A stretch of DNA of 64,000 nt from Rhizophagus irregularis (lineage: Eukaryota), in NCBI RefSeq assembly GCF_026210795.1, contig NC_089429.1:6758001-6822000 (forward strand), written 5' to 3'. Positions 45,659 to 55,302 of this stretch are shown here, piece after piece. Within the stretch, counting starts at the first letter, position 1; each line of letters begins with the position of its first letter. A program made the translations under genes and the position numbers. The notes under the pieces were generated by a model. It worked only from the letters and a program-made list of their open reading frames with translations. It was not told the DNA's origin and made no database searches.

Positions 45659-46137
45659 GTCGGGCTGGTAGTGTGTCTCGCTAGCGCTCACCCCACCTCG
45701 GCCTCGTGGCCTCGCAGTACCTACATCTCCCCTTCATGGGGCAGGGTTACCCAAGATCCGTTACTATCTGTTACTACATCTGTTACTAAAAATATACTAA
45801 AAAACAGATAAAATAAGGAAAAAGAGAGGAAAATACGATAGAATCAGAAGGGAGTAACAGATGTAACAGATGTAACAGATATTTCAGAATAATAGGAGAG
45901 GACACCCCCTCAGAAAAAAGTTTTGATTTTACCCCCCAGATCTGTTACATTCGTTACGATCCGTTACTCTTTCAGGATTCCGTTCGTTATCTTATTGGAG
46001 GCAGTGAGATAACAAACCGAGTGAACAGGTAGGTTAATAACCCCTAGAAGGCCTGTAGATCTGTAGGAGGATAACCGGGTAGGAGCGCGGATCTTTGGAA
46101 AAAACATATTCGGCAATTGAAGATTAGGTAACTATAA
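45659..46137 (+). repeat. Left terminal inverted repeat (479 bp)
   Basis: Reverse complement of 60213-60690; by eye it differs by 3 transitions and a 1-bp indel in a C run. Confidence 0.97.
46115..46124 (+). promoter_or_regulatory. Candidate promoter motif AATTGAAGAT in the left TIR (mirror copy at 60226-60235 on the minus strand)
   Basis: The same or a similar motif lies ~28-52 bp upstream of seven element ORFs (see findings). Confidence 0.6.
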
Positions 46138-46166
46138 ATTAGATCCTGATTCGACAGAACGAAAAA

Positions 46167-48668
46167 ATGACCACTCAAGCTCAAGTTATCCCTAAATTCG
46201 GTGAACAAAAGAAAGCCTTCAGTATCGATGAGCTTAAACGGCTTATTGTCGCTGCAAAGAGTATAAGTGACCTCGATCAAGCCAAGAGGTATCTTTGCAG
46301 TTATTTCATTCCCTGTGCAGATCCTCATGGGGTTTTCTGGTGGGACCCGGATAGTAAAAGTTTGAAACACGTTATTGACAAAAATATTGGTAAACTTATC
46401 CGTCCAATCACGAAGGCATTCTACACACAACCTGAACAAGGACCCTCTCAAAAGACCGAGTTCAACATCTACAAGTGGTTTATGGTCGAGAATACCGATG
46501 TATGTAATGCAACCTGTGATCCCCATAAACAGCGAATCTTCAGATCCTTAACCGGCCAACTCTATCTAAATATCTTTCCGGGATTTCTCCACGTCTTGCG
46601 TCCAATATCCACCTTTGAGTCTACAATTCACCTCGCAGTTAAATTTATCTTCTCTCACATTCAGGAAATCTGGTGTTCGGGTGATTGGAATCTCACTGAG
46701 TATATCATCAAGTGGTTAGCCGGTGTGGCAGCTGGAAGGAAGATGTACTCGATTCTCTATCTAAAATCCGGACAGGGTTGGGGCAAAGGTATTATAACAG
46801 ATTTCATTCAGCGCAGCGTCCTAGGCACTCAACTTGTTTATAAGACCAGCGATCCTCAGACGATTCTTGGAAGTTTCAATGGGCAATTACAGGGTAAGGT
46901 TCTTCTTCTTCTCGAGGAAATGCCCACAGAAAAAAGCCAGTGGAATTCTCTGTATCGCTCTTTGAAAGATAAAGTAACGAGTGATATAATGGAAATCCAC
47001 GAAAAATACAAGACGCCAACACATTACAAAAACTTTATGTCAACTATCGTCCTTACTAACGAAAATGCTCTCAGAGTGGAGAATGATGATAGGTGCACAG
47101 TGTTCTTGGATGTGTCACCATCCCGCAAGGGAGACCTCAACTATTTCAAAAAACTCGGTGACGCTATGAAATACCCAGGCGCCAGTGAGGCGTTCTATGC
47201 TTATTTGAGAGCCATCGTGGATGCTTACCCAGACTTCAATGGAAATCCGCCACCTATGACAACATCCAAACAGGAACATATCATCTCAACTCTCCCACCG
47301 CTATTCCAATTTATAAAGGACACATACCTCGTAATGAAAAATTATATGACCGACCTGCCTGTTCAAGAATTTTATAGGGTATATACTTCATATTGCGAAA
47401 CACATTGTATTTCACCCTTATCAAAGATAAACGCTTCTAGAATCCTATCAAATGAGTTGGCTATAAATAGCAAATTAGTTCGTAAAGATAAGAAACTGAC
47501 CCGTGTCTATAGTATATCCAGGGAGGACCTTTACAAGAAATTCCTCGGAAAAAACTGGATTCATGAAATAGACGAGATAGACATAGAAGGAATAGATGTA
47601 GAGACTTCTAAGAAACCCGCATCTGATCCCAAAGCCTTAGAGAAGTTCTTGGCAAATATATATAGCATTCCTGCTAATAATCCACAAGACGTACAAAAGA
47701 AACTCGCTGAGAAAAAACCCGAACCCGCTGAGGAAAAACCCGCACCTGTAATTCGCAAGACTCCTCCACCGCTTCCACCCAAGCCTGACCACTTAAAAGA
47801 ACGTCAACAAGAGTTAAGGGAAGAACAACCGGATCCCGATGAAGATACTAATGAGTCAGACACCGATGAACCTATAGATAACTTCTCAGACTGTTATCTA
47901 TCTGACGAGGAACCTGACCAAGAAGAACCCACCCCTGAACCAGATGATGACTACGACGTCTTAGACAACTTGTTATCAGACTCGGATACTACAACTGTGG
48001 ACCCAACTCCTGAACAACAACCCGAATCTCCCGCAGAATCTTCTGCATCTGTCACTAAGCCTGACCCAGAACCGGCTCCTGAAGAGCAATTTATCCCAGA
48101 ACCCGACACAGAACCAGAAGTTGACCGGGATCCTGAACCAAAGGAAGGCACTCGAGCACATTGGGCTTGGCATGAAAGACACCGATGGGATCGCAAACCG
48201 TGGGTTAAAAATTCAAAAGACCAGGCCTTCGATGATCTCTACAATACAAGTAAGGAATTATGGGCCAAGTACCAAGACGCGTCAGACGAATATGACTGGG
48301 AAATACTCGCGTTTGAAATAGAGGAATGTCCCACAACGCGTATTGAGGACGAGTACCAGTACTACCTTATGGAGGTAGTAGACTGCTTCAAGGACTGGAT
48401 CGAATATAATGGATACTTACCTAAAATACCTAGCCGTAAAGAACTCGCAGATTTAATAAGAATATACAAGGATAATCGTGATGCCGAGATTATTCCCACC
48501 CCCTCTGGTTATGAAACTATGAGGGCAGATAAGGGTAAAGCGCGAGAGATCCCCGAGGAACGTCCAAAAACTGATATGGAACGTGAATGGGAAGCCGCCA
48601 ATGGACTCATCGATGACTGGGATGAAGAGGATCTTGATCGTGTATGCAGCAAGATTGACTCCTTTTAA
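46167..48668 (+). CDS. D5-like superfamily-3 helicase (primase-helicase family) with winged-helix-like region and long acidic/Pro-rich C-terminus, 833 aa
   Basis: Walker A SGQGWGKG, Walker B LLLLEE, motif C IVLTN, then ENDDRC (usually DRR). No AEP primase motifs recognised. Confidence 0.88.
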   Translation: MTTQAQVIPKFGEQKKAFSIDELKRLIVAAKSISDLDQAKRYLCSYFIPCADPHGVFWWDPDSKSLKHVIDKNIGKLIRPITKAFYTQPEQGPSQKTEFNIYKWFMVENTDVCNATCDPHKQRIFRSLTGQLYLNIFPGFLHVLRPISTFESTIHLAVKFIFSHIQEIWCSGDWNLTEYIIKWLAGVAAGRKMYSILYLKSGQGWGKGIITDFIQRSVLGTQLVYKTSDPQTILGSFNGQLQGKVLLLLEEMPTEKSQWNSLYRSLKDKVTSDIMEIHEKYKTPTHYKNFMSTIVLTNENALRVENDDRCTVFLDVSPSRKGDLNYFKKLGDAMKYPGASEAFYAYLRAIVDAYPDFNGNPPPMTTSKQEHIISTLPPLFQFIKDTYLVMKNYMTDLPVQEFYRVYTSYCETHCISPLSKINASRILSNELAINSKLVRKDKKLTRVYSISREDLYKKFLGKNWIHEIDEIDIEGIDVETSKKPASDPKALEKFLANIYSIPANNPQDVQKKLAEKKPEPAEEKPAPVIRKTPPPLPPKPDHLKERQQELREEQPDPDEDTNESDTDEPIDNFSDCYLSDEEPDQEEPTPEPDDDYDVLDNLLSDSDTTTVDPTPEQQPESPAESSASVTKPDPEPAPEEQFIPEPDTEPEVDRDPEPKEGTRAHWAWHERHRWDRKPWVKNSKDQAFDDLYNTSKELWAKYQDASDEYDWEILAFEIEECPTTRIEDEYQYYLMEVVDCFKDWIEYNGYLPKIPSRKELADLIRIYKDNRDAEIIPTPSGYETMRADKGKAREIPEERPKTDMEREWEAANGLIDDWDEEDLDRVCSKIDSF

Positions 48669-48751
48669 TAAGATAAGCACTTCTTAGTTATCTTATATTT
48701 TTTGTATAAAAAACCTATATTACAACTGAACACAATTCATAAATACATCAA

Positions 48752-50605
48752 ATGGTTTATTCAGAGATTGTCCGTGCTTTACCTACAAGACCGGATATCA
48801 AAGAATTACAGTATTCAGGCGCAAGATTTTCCAGAGGAGCAATAGCAAAACTTGGACAGCGACTCCAATCCCGGTATCCGACACATAAATTTCAGATCCT
48901 GCTCCCCTATGAAAACTGGAAACCCGGTGGATGGACATCAGGAAACCAACCAGCTAGCCTTTTCTCACTCTTGGATCACTACGACGAAGCACAACTACCG
49001 GATGACGCAGACCCTGATTATTTTGAACGATTCATAATTTATGTGAGAGATGCCCCACCGGTTGCAGGAGGTTGCAACGGGGAGCTAAATGATTGCCTGT
49101 ATGAATGCCTGAAATATATCTACGGCACATTCTCTAAAATGCCAAAGTCAATCGAAAAGCCCGAGTATATCAAAAAGGCATTAGGTCTCAATCGTGATGC
49201 TTCCATCCCAGTTTCATGCATGGACAAGGTTGAACAACTCGCAGGAAGTCTCGCAATTAATATTGTGGGGGACATTACCCGAATCTCTAAGAGTAAGTCC
49301 GATAGACGTGCGACTCTCATCCTGTCAGAAGGCCATTACTCCCTCGCGTTAAATCCCGGAAGACTCCACTCCAGTAAATTAGATAAAAAGCGTAATTTAC
49401 CCATTGTATACCATGAAGATGGGACCAATAATGTAGTCACAATATACAACGGCAAAACGGTTAAGTCTTGCACAATTGGGCAGTTTCAAAAAACTAAGAA
49501 TTCCAAGAGTTCTTTCATTCCCGTCGAGAAAAACCGTAAGACTGGGGTATATGAAACTCTCGAAGAAGCATATCAGAGAATCCACGAGGAGCAGAATTCC
49601 TTTCTACAGGAGACAAAGAAGTTCGGTTTAGGAATCGACTTATCATACCATAACTGGTCTTACAAAAGAACGGCTCTCTGGTTATTCGAACGATTAAGTG
49701 TAGGGATTCCAGCCAATGATCCTCTTGACCCGATAGAAGCAGAGTGGTTAAGTGATGCAATGATGGGAGGATTAATCTGGGCAGATAACGAGTGGAAGGG
49801 CTATGGAAGACAGTACGATGCAACAAGTTTATACCCGAGTATTCAACAATCGAATGCAAACTTTCCAATCAGACGGGGTAAATTCCAGACACTTAATGAC
49901 TTTGTTGACCACAGGGGTTATGCCTTGTATGGATTATTCCGTGCCAAGGTAAGTGGGAATAATATTCTCTTCTGACAGAATAAAAGGGGAATCTATACAT
50001 TCATCGACTTACAACGAGCAAAAAAACTTGGTCTCAATATACAGTTAATACAGGATGGGAAGCCAAATGCATTGATATATAATAGAGAAGCGAGAATCCC
50101 TGGAACTGTAATATTCGGTGAGTATGTACACTTCCTCTTCAAAATTAAAAACCAGGGTGGCGTAGCTGGCCGCGTGGCAAAGCGAGTCCTCAACACATTA
50201 TGGGGAGCATTATGCCAGAGGAAGCGTAATTACAAGACACTCACCGCAGATCAAACAGACCCGTTTACATTTCCAGAGGGCCATACACTCGACTCTATCA
50301 TACCAGTAGGATCTGACCAGTGGCGATTCCAGTTCACAAACCCGGGTAATCCCTTCAAAGGTGAGTATCCCAGGATCGCCCCATTCTTATTAGCACGTGG
50401 TCGCAAAATCACATCTGAGGCAATTCAACCATACAAGGATAAAGTACGACGTATCCATACGGATGGATTTATTTTAGAAGAGCAGCCAGATAGCCCCGCG
50501 CTTTTCACTTGTTCAGAGAATGCAGATATGACTCTAAAGACTTTCAAGTTTGAAACCGCGGGATACTGCCATGTGAAAAATGCGAACAAGGTTATCTGGA
50601 CATGA
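48752..50605 (+). pseudogene. polB: Family B DNA polymerase, protein-primed type (617 codons, one in-frame TGA at 49973-49975)
   Basis: ORFs 48752-49975 and 50072-50605 are in one frame separated only by TTC-TGA-CAG. Motifs: MMGG, YDATSLYPS (DxxSLYP), KRVLNTLWG (KxxxNxxYG-like), RIHTDGF (DTD-like). Confidence 0.88.
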
Positions 50606-50698
50606 TTGCTAAGAACTGGTAGGTTTATTTTTTACTGACATATCGTGATGGCATAATTGAATAAACCTATGGGATATGTAATCTTACGAGATACCCAA

Positions 50699-51193
50699 AT
50701 GCAAAACACCGACGGATTAGGTAGACAAGATGACGAAAGTTTCCACGCGTGGGCTAAGCGCATTCAGAATGCTGTGCAATATTATGAGACTTGTAGTAGA
50801 ATAGGTTTTCATAGGCGGCTACCTTATCCAAGGTCTCGTCAAGCTGTATATGCTTATATTGTGCACATTAGGAGAATAGTATCACGACTACCAAATAGGT
50901 GGTACTGTACCTACTGTAAATCTTTTATTGATCGCGGATGGGGAGCCGATGCTTCCATGGATCAAGCGGTACGACTACATTTATATAGTTGCCCAAAGCA
51001 TTTTAATTTCGACTATTATACTCATCATGCTGAAATGATCCAGAAAGCCTTTAGGAGATATATAGAAAGAAGGAACAATAAAGCGGCTAGGATTATCCAG
51101 AAAGTCGCTATCCCCTGGTTATATAGACCAGGCTCTCCATTGATACAAAAGGCCGAGCGACACTTCTACTGCCTCGCAGTATCCCAAGTGTAA
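50699..51193 (+). CDS. Hypothetical protein with Zn-finger-like CxxC..H..C and two IQ-like motifs
   Basis: YCTYCK...LHLYSCPKH; AEMIQKAFRRY and AARIIQK...WLYRPG. ATG 50699 chosen by spacing from the upstream motif (alternative ATG 50669). Confidence 0.7.
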   Translation: MQNTDGLGRQDDESFHAWAKRIQNAVQYYETCSRIGFHRRLPYPRSRQAVYAYIVHIRRIVSRLPNRWYCTYCKSFIDRGWGADASMDQAVRLHLYSCPKHFNFDYYTHHAEMIQKAFRRYIERRNNKAARIIQKVAIPWLYRPGSPLIQKAERHFYCLAVSQV

Positions 51194-51275
51194 ACCCCGA
51201 GGTTCATATTTATTTTTTCTCATTCGAATGAACAGGTAACTGAAGATTTATATTTTTTACAAAGTACAAAGAATC

Positions 51276-51746
51276 ATGTCAACATATACCGAATTCACAA
51301 GCATTGTTAACAGCACTGACAGCACTAGTGAGAAGGTTATTTACGAGGCATCGCGCATTCAGCCTAGTGTTATCTCTGACGAAACTGTCCCCAAGATTAT
51401 CCGCGCATTAAAAGATACTATAGTAGTCGCATTAGTATCTGGGTTTAGCAAAACCAGTTACCTCGTCCAGGACCACGTGAAGTATATCAAGCGAATCCAG
51501 ACGGCAAATTCTCCTGTATCATATGTGAAGTTCGTGGCCAGAAAACTCTTCCCAGATAATGCGGCATATACTGCTAAGATAGCAAAAATCCGCGAATCAT
51601 ACAAGAATAAACAAGCTCTCCTAGATAAGCTTGAGGCCCTCTTCGAATTGTATTATAATGCGACTAAGGACTCATCAACCGGTCCCCCAAAGCGAGCTAT
51701 TACTAAAAACGAGGCTGAGAAAACCTTAACAGAACTTCTTGCATAA
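51276..51746 (+). CDS. Hypothetical protein, 156 aa
   Basis: Intact ORF flanked by the element's upstream motif (51238) and TATTTTTT (51788); no family recognised. Confidence 0.75.
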   Translation: MSTYTEFTSIVNSTDSTSEKVIYEASRIQPSVISDETVPKIIRALKDTIVVALVSGFSKTSYLVQDHVKYIKRIQTANSPVSYVKFVARKLFPDNAAYTAKIAKIRESYKNKQALLDKLEALFELYYNATKDSSTGPPKRAITKNEAEKTLTELLA

Positions 51747-51855
51747 GCGGCTCCTGTGGTCCTACGATTCTGTATGAATTTAATCTATATTTTTTATCCA
51801 TGTGTAATAGGCATACAGTAATTGAAGATAGCTATAGTATAAGTAACATAACATC

Positions 51856-52248
51856 ATGTTGGACCAATTACCAGTAGAAATAGTCGAACGCATTGTCGCA
51901 AAGATCCCGGATACTGACCTTATTGCAGTGAGTAAGGTAGATAGAGTGTGGTGGCAGGAAGTTCGTCAAGAGGCATATAAGAGGTGGAAAAATTATGCCA
52001 CTACGATCGGGTATGTCCGAGCTCTTGGAAAGCCATTCGAAAAAGGGAATGTTGACTGGATAACATTTGAAGATGTAAACGACTTCTATAAAAGATGGAT
52101 AGACCGCCTCACCGAGGATCAGCTTTATATTATGGAGAAAATGCTTAGGAATGGGATGGTCGTGGACCCCCAAGAGAGGGAAACCATAGAGCATGCATTA
52201 AGTGAACATAGATGGGGAGGCGATCCTTGGGGACTGGGAGTGGTATGA
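51856..52248 (+). CDS. F-box protein, 130 aa
   Basis: N-terminal LDQLPVEIVERIVAKIPDTDLIAVSKVDRVW fits the F-box consensus LP.EI...I...L...DL.....V.R.W. Confidence 0.85.
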   Translation: MLDQLPVEIVERIVAKIPDTDLIAVSKVDRVWWQEVRQEAYKRWKNYATTIGYVRALGKPFEKGNVDWITFEDVNDFYKRWIDRLTEDQLYIMEKMLRNGMVVDPQERETIEHALSEHRWGGDPWGLGVV

Positions 52249-52741
52249 ATGGACTCAACAAAAGTAAGCATTTTGTACTTGACTTTCGTAGGAATTACCC
52301 TGCAGAGTCATATTTTTTAGATCCGGCCGGCATTACCGCGTAATCCCGAATTACCGAAAAAGGAAATTTATGTTACACAAGGTTCCAAACGCATTCTTAC
52401 CAAATCGATTTTTGTGGAACGGGTATCGCCCAAAAAGGAAATGATCTACGTACCGCATGAAATCACGTGACACTCTACACATTTGTTCAGGGTATCACGT
52501 GACATGAACTCCGTTCACATTTTCTGTAATATAATCCATAGTTTTCCATGAATGCTTTTTAGGCCAATAATCCAATAACTTATTCATCAGGTATCCTCGT
52601 GTTTTGCGACAAGGACTGATGACCATGTAACCTCATCATCAGGCATCCTCGCATTTTTTGACAAGGACTGATGACGATGTCACTTGGTTATTGTAAATTG
52701 AAGATAACAATTAGGTATGTAGACACGTACAGAAAAAAGAC

Positions 52742-53326
52742 ATGTCATACCCTTATATAACTAATCCTATAACCGGACGTCCAATCCGTGTTGGTGGAGA
52801 TACCTTTAATCGAATAGTTATGGAATCCCATGATTATATCGATGGAAGGCTTGTCCGTAGACAAACCGTACCGCCTCCACCCCAGGAACAACCTGTATAT
52901 TTAAATACAGATACAGGACGCTATATTCAACACGGTACTAGAACGTATCATAGACTGGTTGAGAGTGACTACGAGGTAGTTGAGGACTACTACCTTGTTC
53001 ATTCTGAAGAGGAGGAGCTTATAGAGGAAATCATCAATGAAACACGCTATAATGAGGAAAATCTTGATGGCCAGCGGTTAACTTTCAATGATATACAACA
53101 AATCAGGGCCGCTATTCAGGCTGACCAAGATGAATATGATGATTTTATCTTACAGCAAGATACGACTAATGGGACACCTTCCTCTGGTCCTTCCGGTCGT
53201 CCACGAACTTTGGAGGACCATACCCCGAGACTTGCAGAGCTTAATATTGAGTTGTGTAGGGAATGTCTCATGCCTGTAAGCCCAAGTGACTTAACGGACA
53301 AGTTGTGCAAGGACTGCGCTTCCTAA
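52742..53326 (+). CDS. Protein with two NPxTGRxI-type repeats (2-cysteine-adaptor-like) and a C-terminal CxxC..CxxC, 194 aa
   Basis: ITNPITGRPIRVGGDTFNRI and YLNTDTGRYIQHGTRTYHRL; LCRECL...LCKDCA. Confidence 0.7.
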   Translation: MSYPYITNPITGRPIRVGGDTFNRIVMESHDYIDGRLVRRQTVPPPPQEQPVYLNTDTGRYIQHGTRTYHRLVESDYEVVEDYYLVHSEEEELIEEIINETRYNEENLDGQRLTFNDIQQIRAAIQADQDEYDDFILQQDTTNGTPSSGPSGRPRTLEDHTPRLAELNIELCRECLMPVSPSDLTDKLCKDCAS

Positions 53327-53486
53327 TGGTCAGTCCTCCGGTCCTCCGGTCTTCCGGTCTTTCCAACGGTTGATCCCTTAATGCCAGTTATTTTTTTTTA
53401 TACAAATGACAGGTATTTAAAGATAACAATATATAAAAAAGATTGTGAAGGATACTAAGTGAGCGAATAATCAAAGAAAGATAGCC

Positions 53487-54038
53487 ATGTCAACATCAAT
53501 CATAATAAACCAGTGTCAGAACTGTGGAGTATTCTCTGCAAAAGCGGCATATAGAGGATTATCCAGCGTGTTGTATAGACAGATTATAAAGAAGATTGGT
53601 GACGAGAGTGAACCTTTACAAGCCTTGGGACTTGCCAGGGATAAGTTGGTCCAGATTATCCGTCGGGCAAGTAATGCGGATTTTACGCAATTATTCACAC
53701 AAAGACTAGATATGAAAATTATGGACGGAGATTCATACGAGGATACTAGGAAGTGGCTTCTTGAACAGCTTATAGCCATTGGATGTGACAGTGGGGAAAT
53801 TGCCTTATATCAGTTCTTACAGAATACATACCCGGATGGTATTGACGAACCCTTTACTACATTCTATGAGAACTATGTAAATCATGTAAGAAATCCGATG
53901 ACTAAGAACTTTGCTTCTCGAGCCTTAGGAACTATTGGATTAAAAGCTAGGATGCTACGGATTGACTTCGAAGGACGTAAAAAAAGTGCCATGATTCTTA
54001 GGGCTTCTGCGGAAGAACTTCGCGAGATGGGTTGCTAA
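53487..54038 (+). CDS. Hypothetical protein; C-terminal half resembles the post-ATPase (winged-helix-like) region of the element's own helicase, 183 aa
   Basis: LYQFLQNTY..FYENY..PMTKNFASRAL versus helicase LFQFIKDTY..FYRVY..PLSKINASRIL. Confidence 0.7.
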   Translation: MSTSIIINQCQNCGVFSAKAAYRGLSSVLYRQIIKKIGDESEPLQALGLARDKLVQIIRRASNADFTQLFTQRLDMKIMDGDSYEDTRKWLLEQLIAIGCDSGEIALYQFLQNTYPDGIDEPFTTFYENYVNHVRNPMTKNFASRALGTIGLKARMLRIDFEGRKKSAMILRASAEELREMGC

Positions 54039-55274
54039 AGCAGCCAGATTCTTACAAAATACTATGATCCCTACTCGTAATGCTCGACGGTCCATATGAC
54101 CCTTAGAAAAGATCTGTAAAAGGACCCCGATGCCTTCTATTAATTTTTTATTATCCAAAGGGTGACTAGACTTCAGGACTTCATATCGGGAGAATAACTC
54201 CTTTACGGTCTCAGGTTTTGGAATTTCAGTCTTCGTGGTCCTATCCCGTACTTTCGCTAAGAAGTTTTGGAAGTCTGATCCCAAGGTCTTACCAGATAGT
54301 CCGTAGGCTTCCCAAAAGACGTACTTAATCCAGGTATCTGCGTTCTTAGCTATAACACCAGATACGAGAAGGTGTTTTCTCTCTTTAGGCGATGGATATT
54401 CCCGAGCAAACTCGATTAGCTGGGAGGACTTTTTTGCTTCAGCTACGGCTTTCTGGCCATAGGAACTAAACTTTGATCGAACTGGGTTCAAACTCGGATT
54501 GAACTTTGATCGAACTGGGTTCAAACTCGGATCGAACGGGGATTGAACTGAGATCGAACTAGGATCGAACTGAGATTGATCGGTGATCGAACTGAGACTA
54601 GTATCCCATCTAACCCGAATAGATAACGGATCGCTCTTGGATCTTCTAAGATCAAATACTATAAATTCGCGTTGTAGAGTAAGGTCATCGATTACTGGAG
54701 CTAGTGACTCCGATTCTTCTGTATACTGGCGGATGATCCTCTTAGTATCGGTCAAACTTCCGTGACCTCCATGTAGGGAAATATAATTCACATTTTCACG
54801 AATAGCCTTGGGAATGGTAAAGAATCTTTGGGCCACATAGATACACGAGATATTTTTGTGACGCCCGTGTGTAAAAAATCCAGTGATGAGATCCTGGATT
54901 TTTTTAGGCGCATCCATCAAATCCTCGAAGATTACCACAGTAGCTTGGGTGGAGTTGAAGTCCTTAACATTTGGAATCTCACTATGGGATACTGCGGTAA
55001 ACGGAATTTCTTCTTCTTTGAAAAAATCACGTACGACTGCCCACTTTGGTTCATCGAGGTATCTGCCAACTAGAATTACCGCATCACATAATATGTACCT
55101 TTCGCCATCCTCCTTTGCCTTCTTGTCTCCCATTAACAAATTAATAATCATAGTTGTCTTACCCGAGTCAGAACTTCCTGCTACGGCAAGACGGAAAGGC
55201 CATGATGGGGCAAACTCATTACCCTGTCTCGAGTTGGTCGTGTACTCGTCCAAATTGTATACATAAAGATCCAT
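53955..55274 (-). CDS. A32/FtsK-HerA-type DNA packaging ATPase with C-terminal extension, 439 aa
   Basis: Walker A RLAVAGSSDSGKTT, Walker B VVIFEDL, and the GRHKNISCIYVAQ signature of poxvirus-A32/Polinton ATPases. Confidence 0.9.
   Translation of the reverse strand: MDLYVYNLDEYTTNSRQGNEFAPSWPFRLAVAGSSDSGKTTMIINLLMGDKKAKEDGERYILCDAVILVGRYLDEPKWAVVRDFFKEEEIPFTAVSHSEIPNVKDFNSTQATVVIFEDLMDAPKKIQDLITGFFTHGRHKNISCIYVAQRFFTIPKAIRENVNYISLHGGHGSLTDTKRIIRQYTEESESLAPVIDDLTLQREFIVFDLRRSKSDPLSIRVRWDTSLSSITDQSQFDPSSISVQSPFDPSLNPVRSKFNPSLNPVRSKFSSYGQKAVAEAKKSSQLIEFAREYPSPKERKHLLVSGVIAKNADTWIKYVFWEAYGLSGKTLGSDFQNFLAKVRDRTTKTEIPKPETVKELFSRYEVLKSSHPLDNKKLIEGIGVLLQIFSKGHMDRRALRVGIIVFCKNLAALATHLAKFFRRSPKNHGTFFTSFEVNP
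54469..54596. repeat. Intragenic tandem repeats in the ATPase linker (33-bp unit x2 plus GATCGAAC variants)
   Basis: AACTTTGATCGAACTGGGTTCAAACTCGGAT at 54469 and 54502; encodes the FDPS/FNPSLNPVRSK repeats. Confidence 0.85.
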
Positions 55275-55302
55275 TTGAATTTTATTCTAATTTAGTTTAA
55301 AT

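Noticed and set aside
45557..45811. 84-aa ORF spanning the left junction
   Set aside because: Chance fusion of flank and TIR sequence, in a different frame from the Helitron-like ORF.
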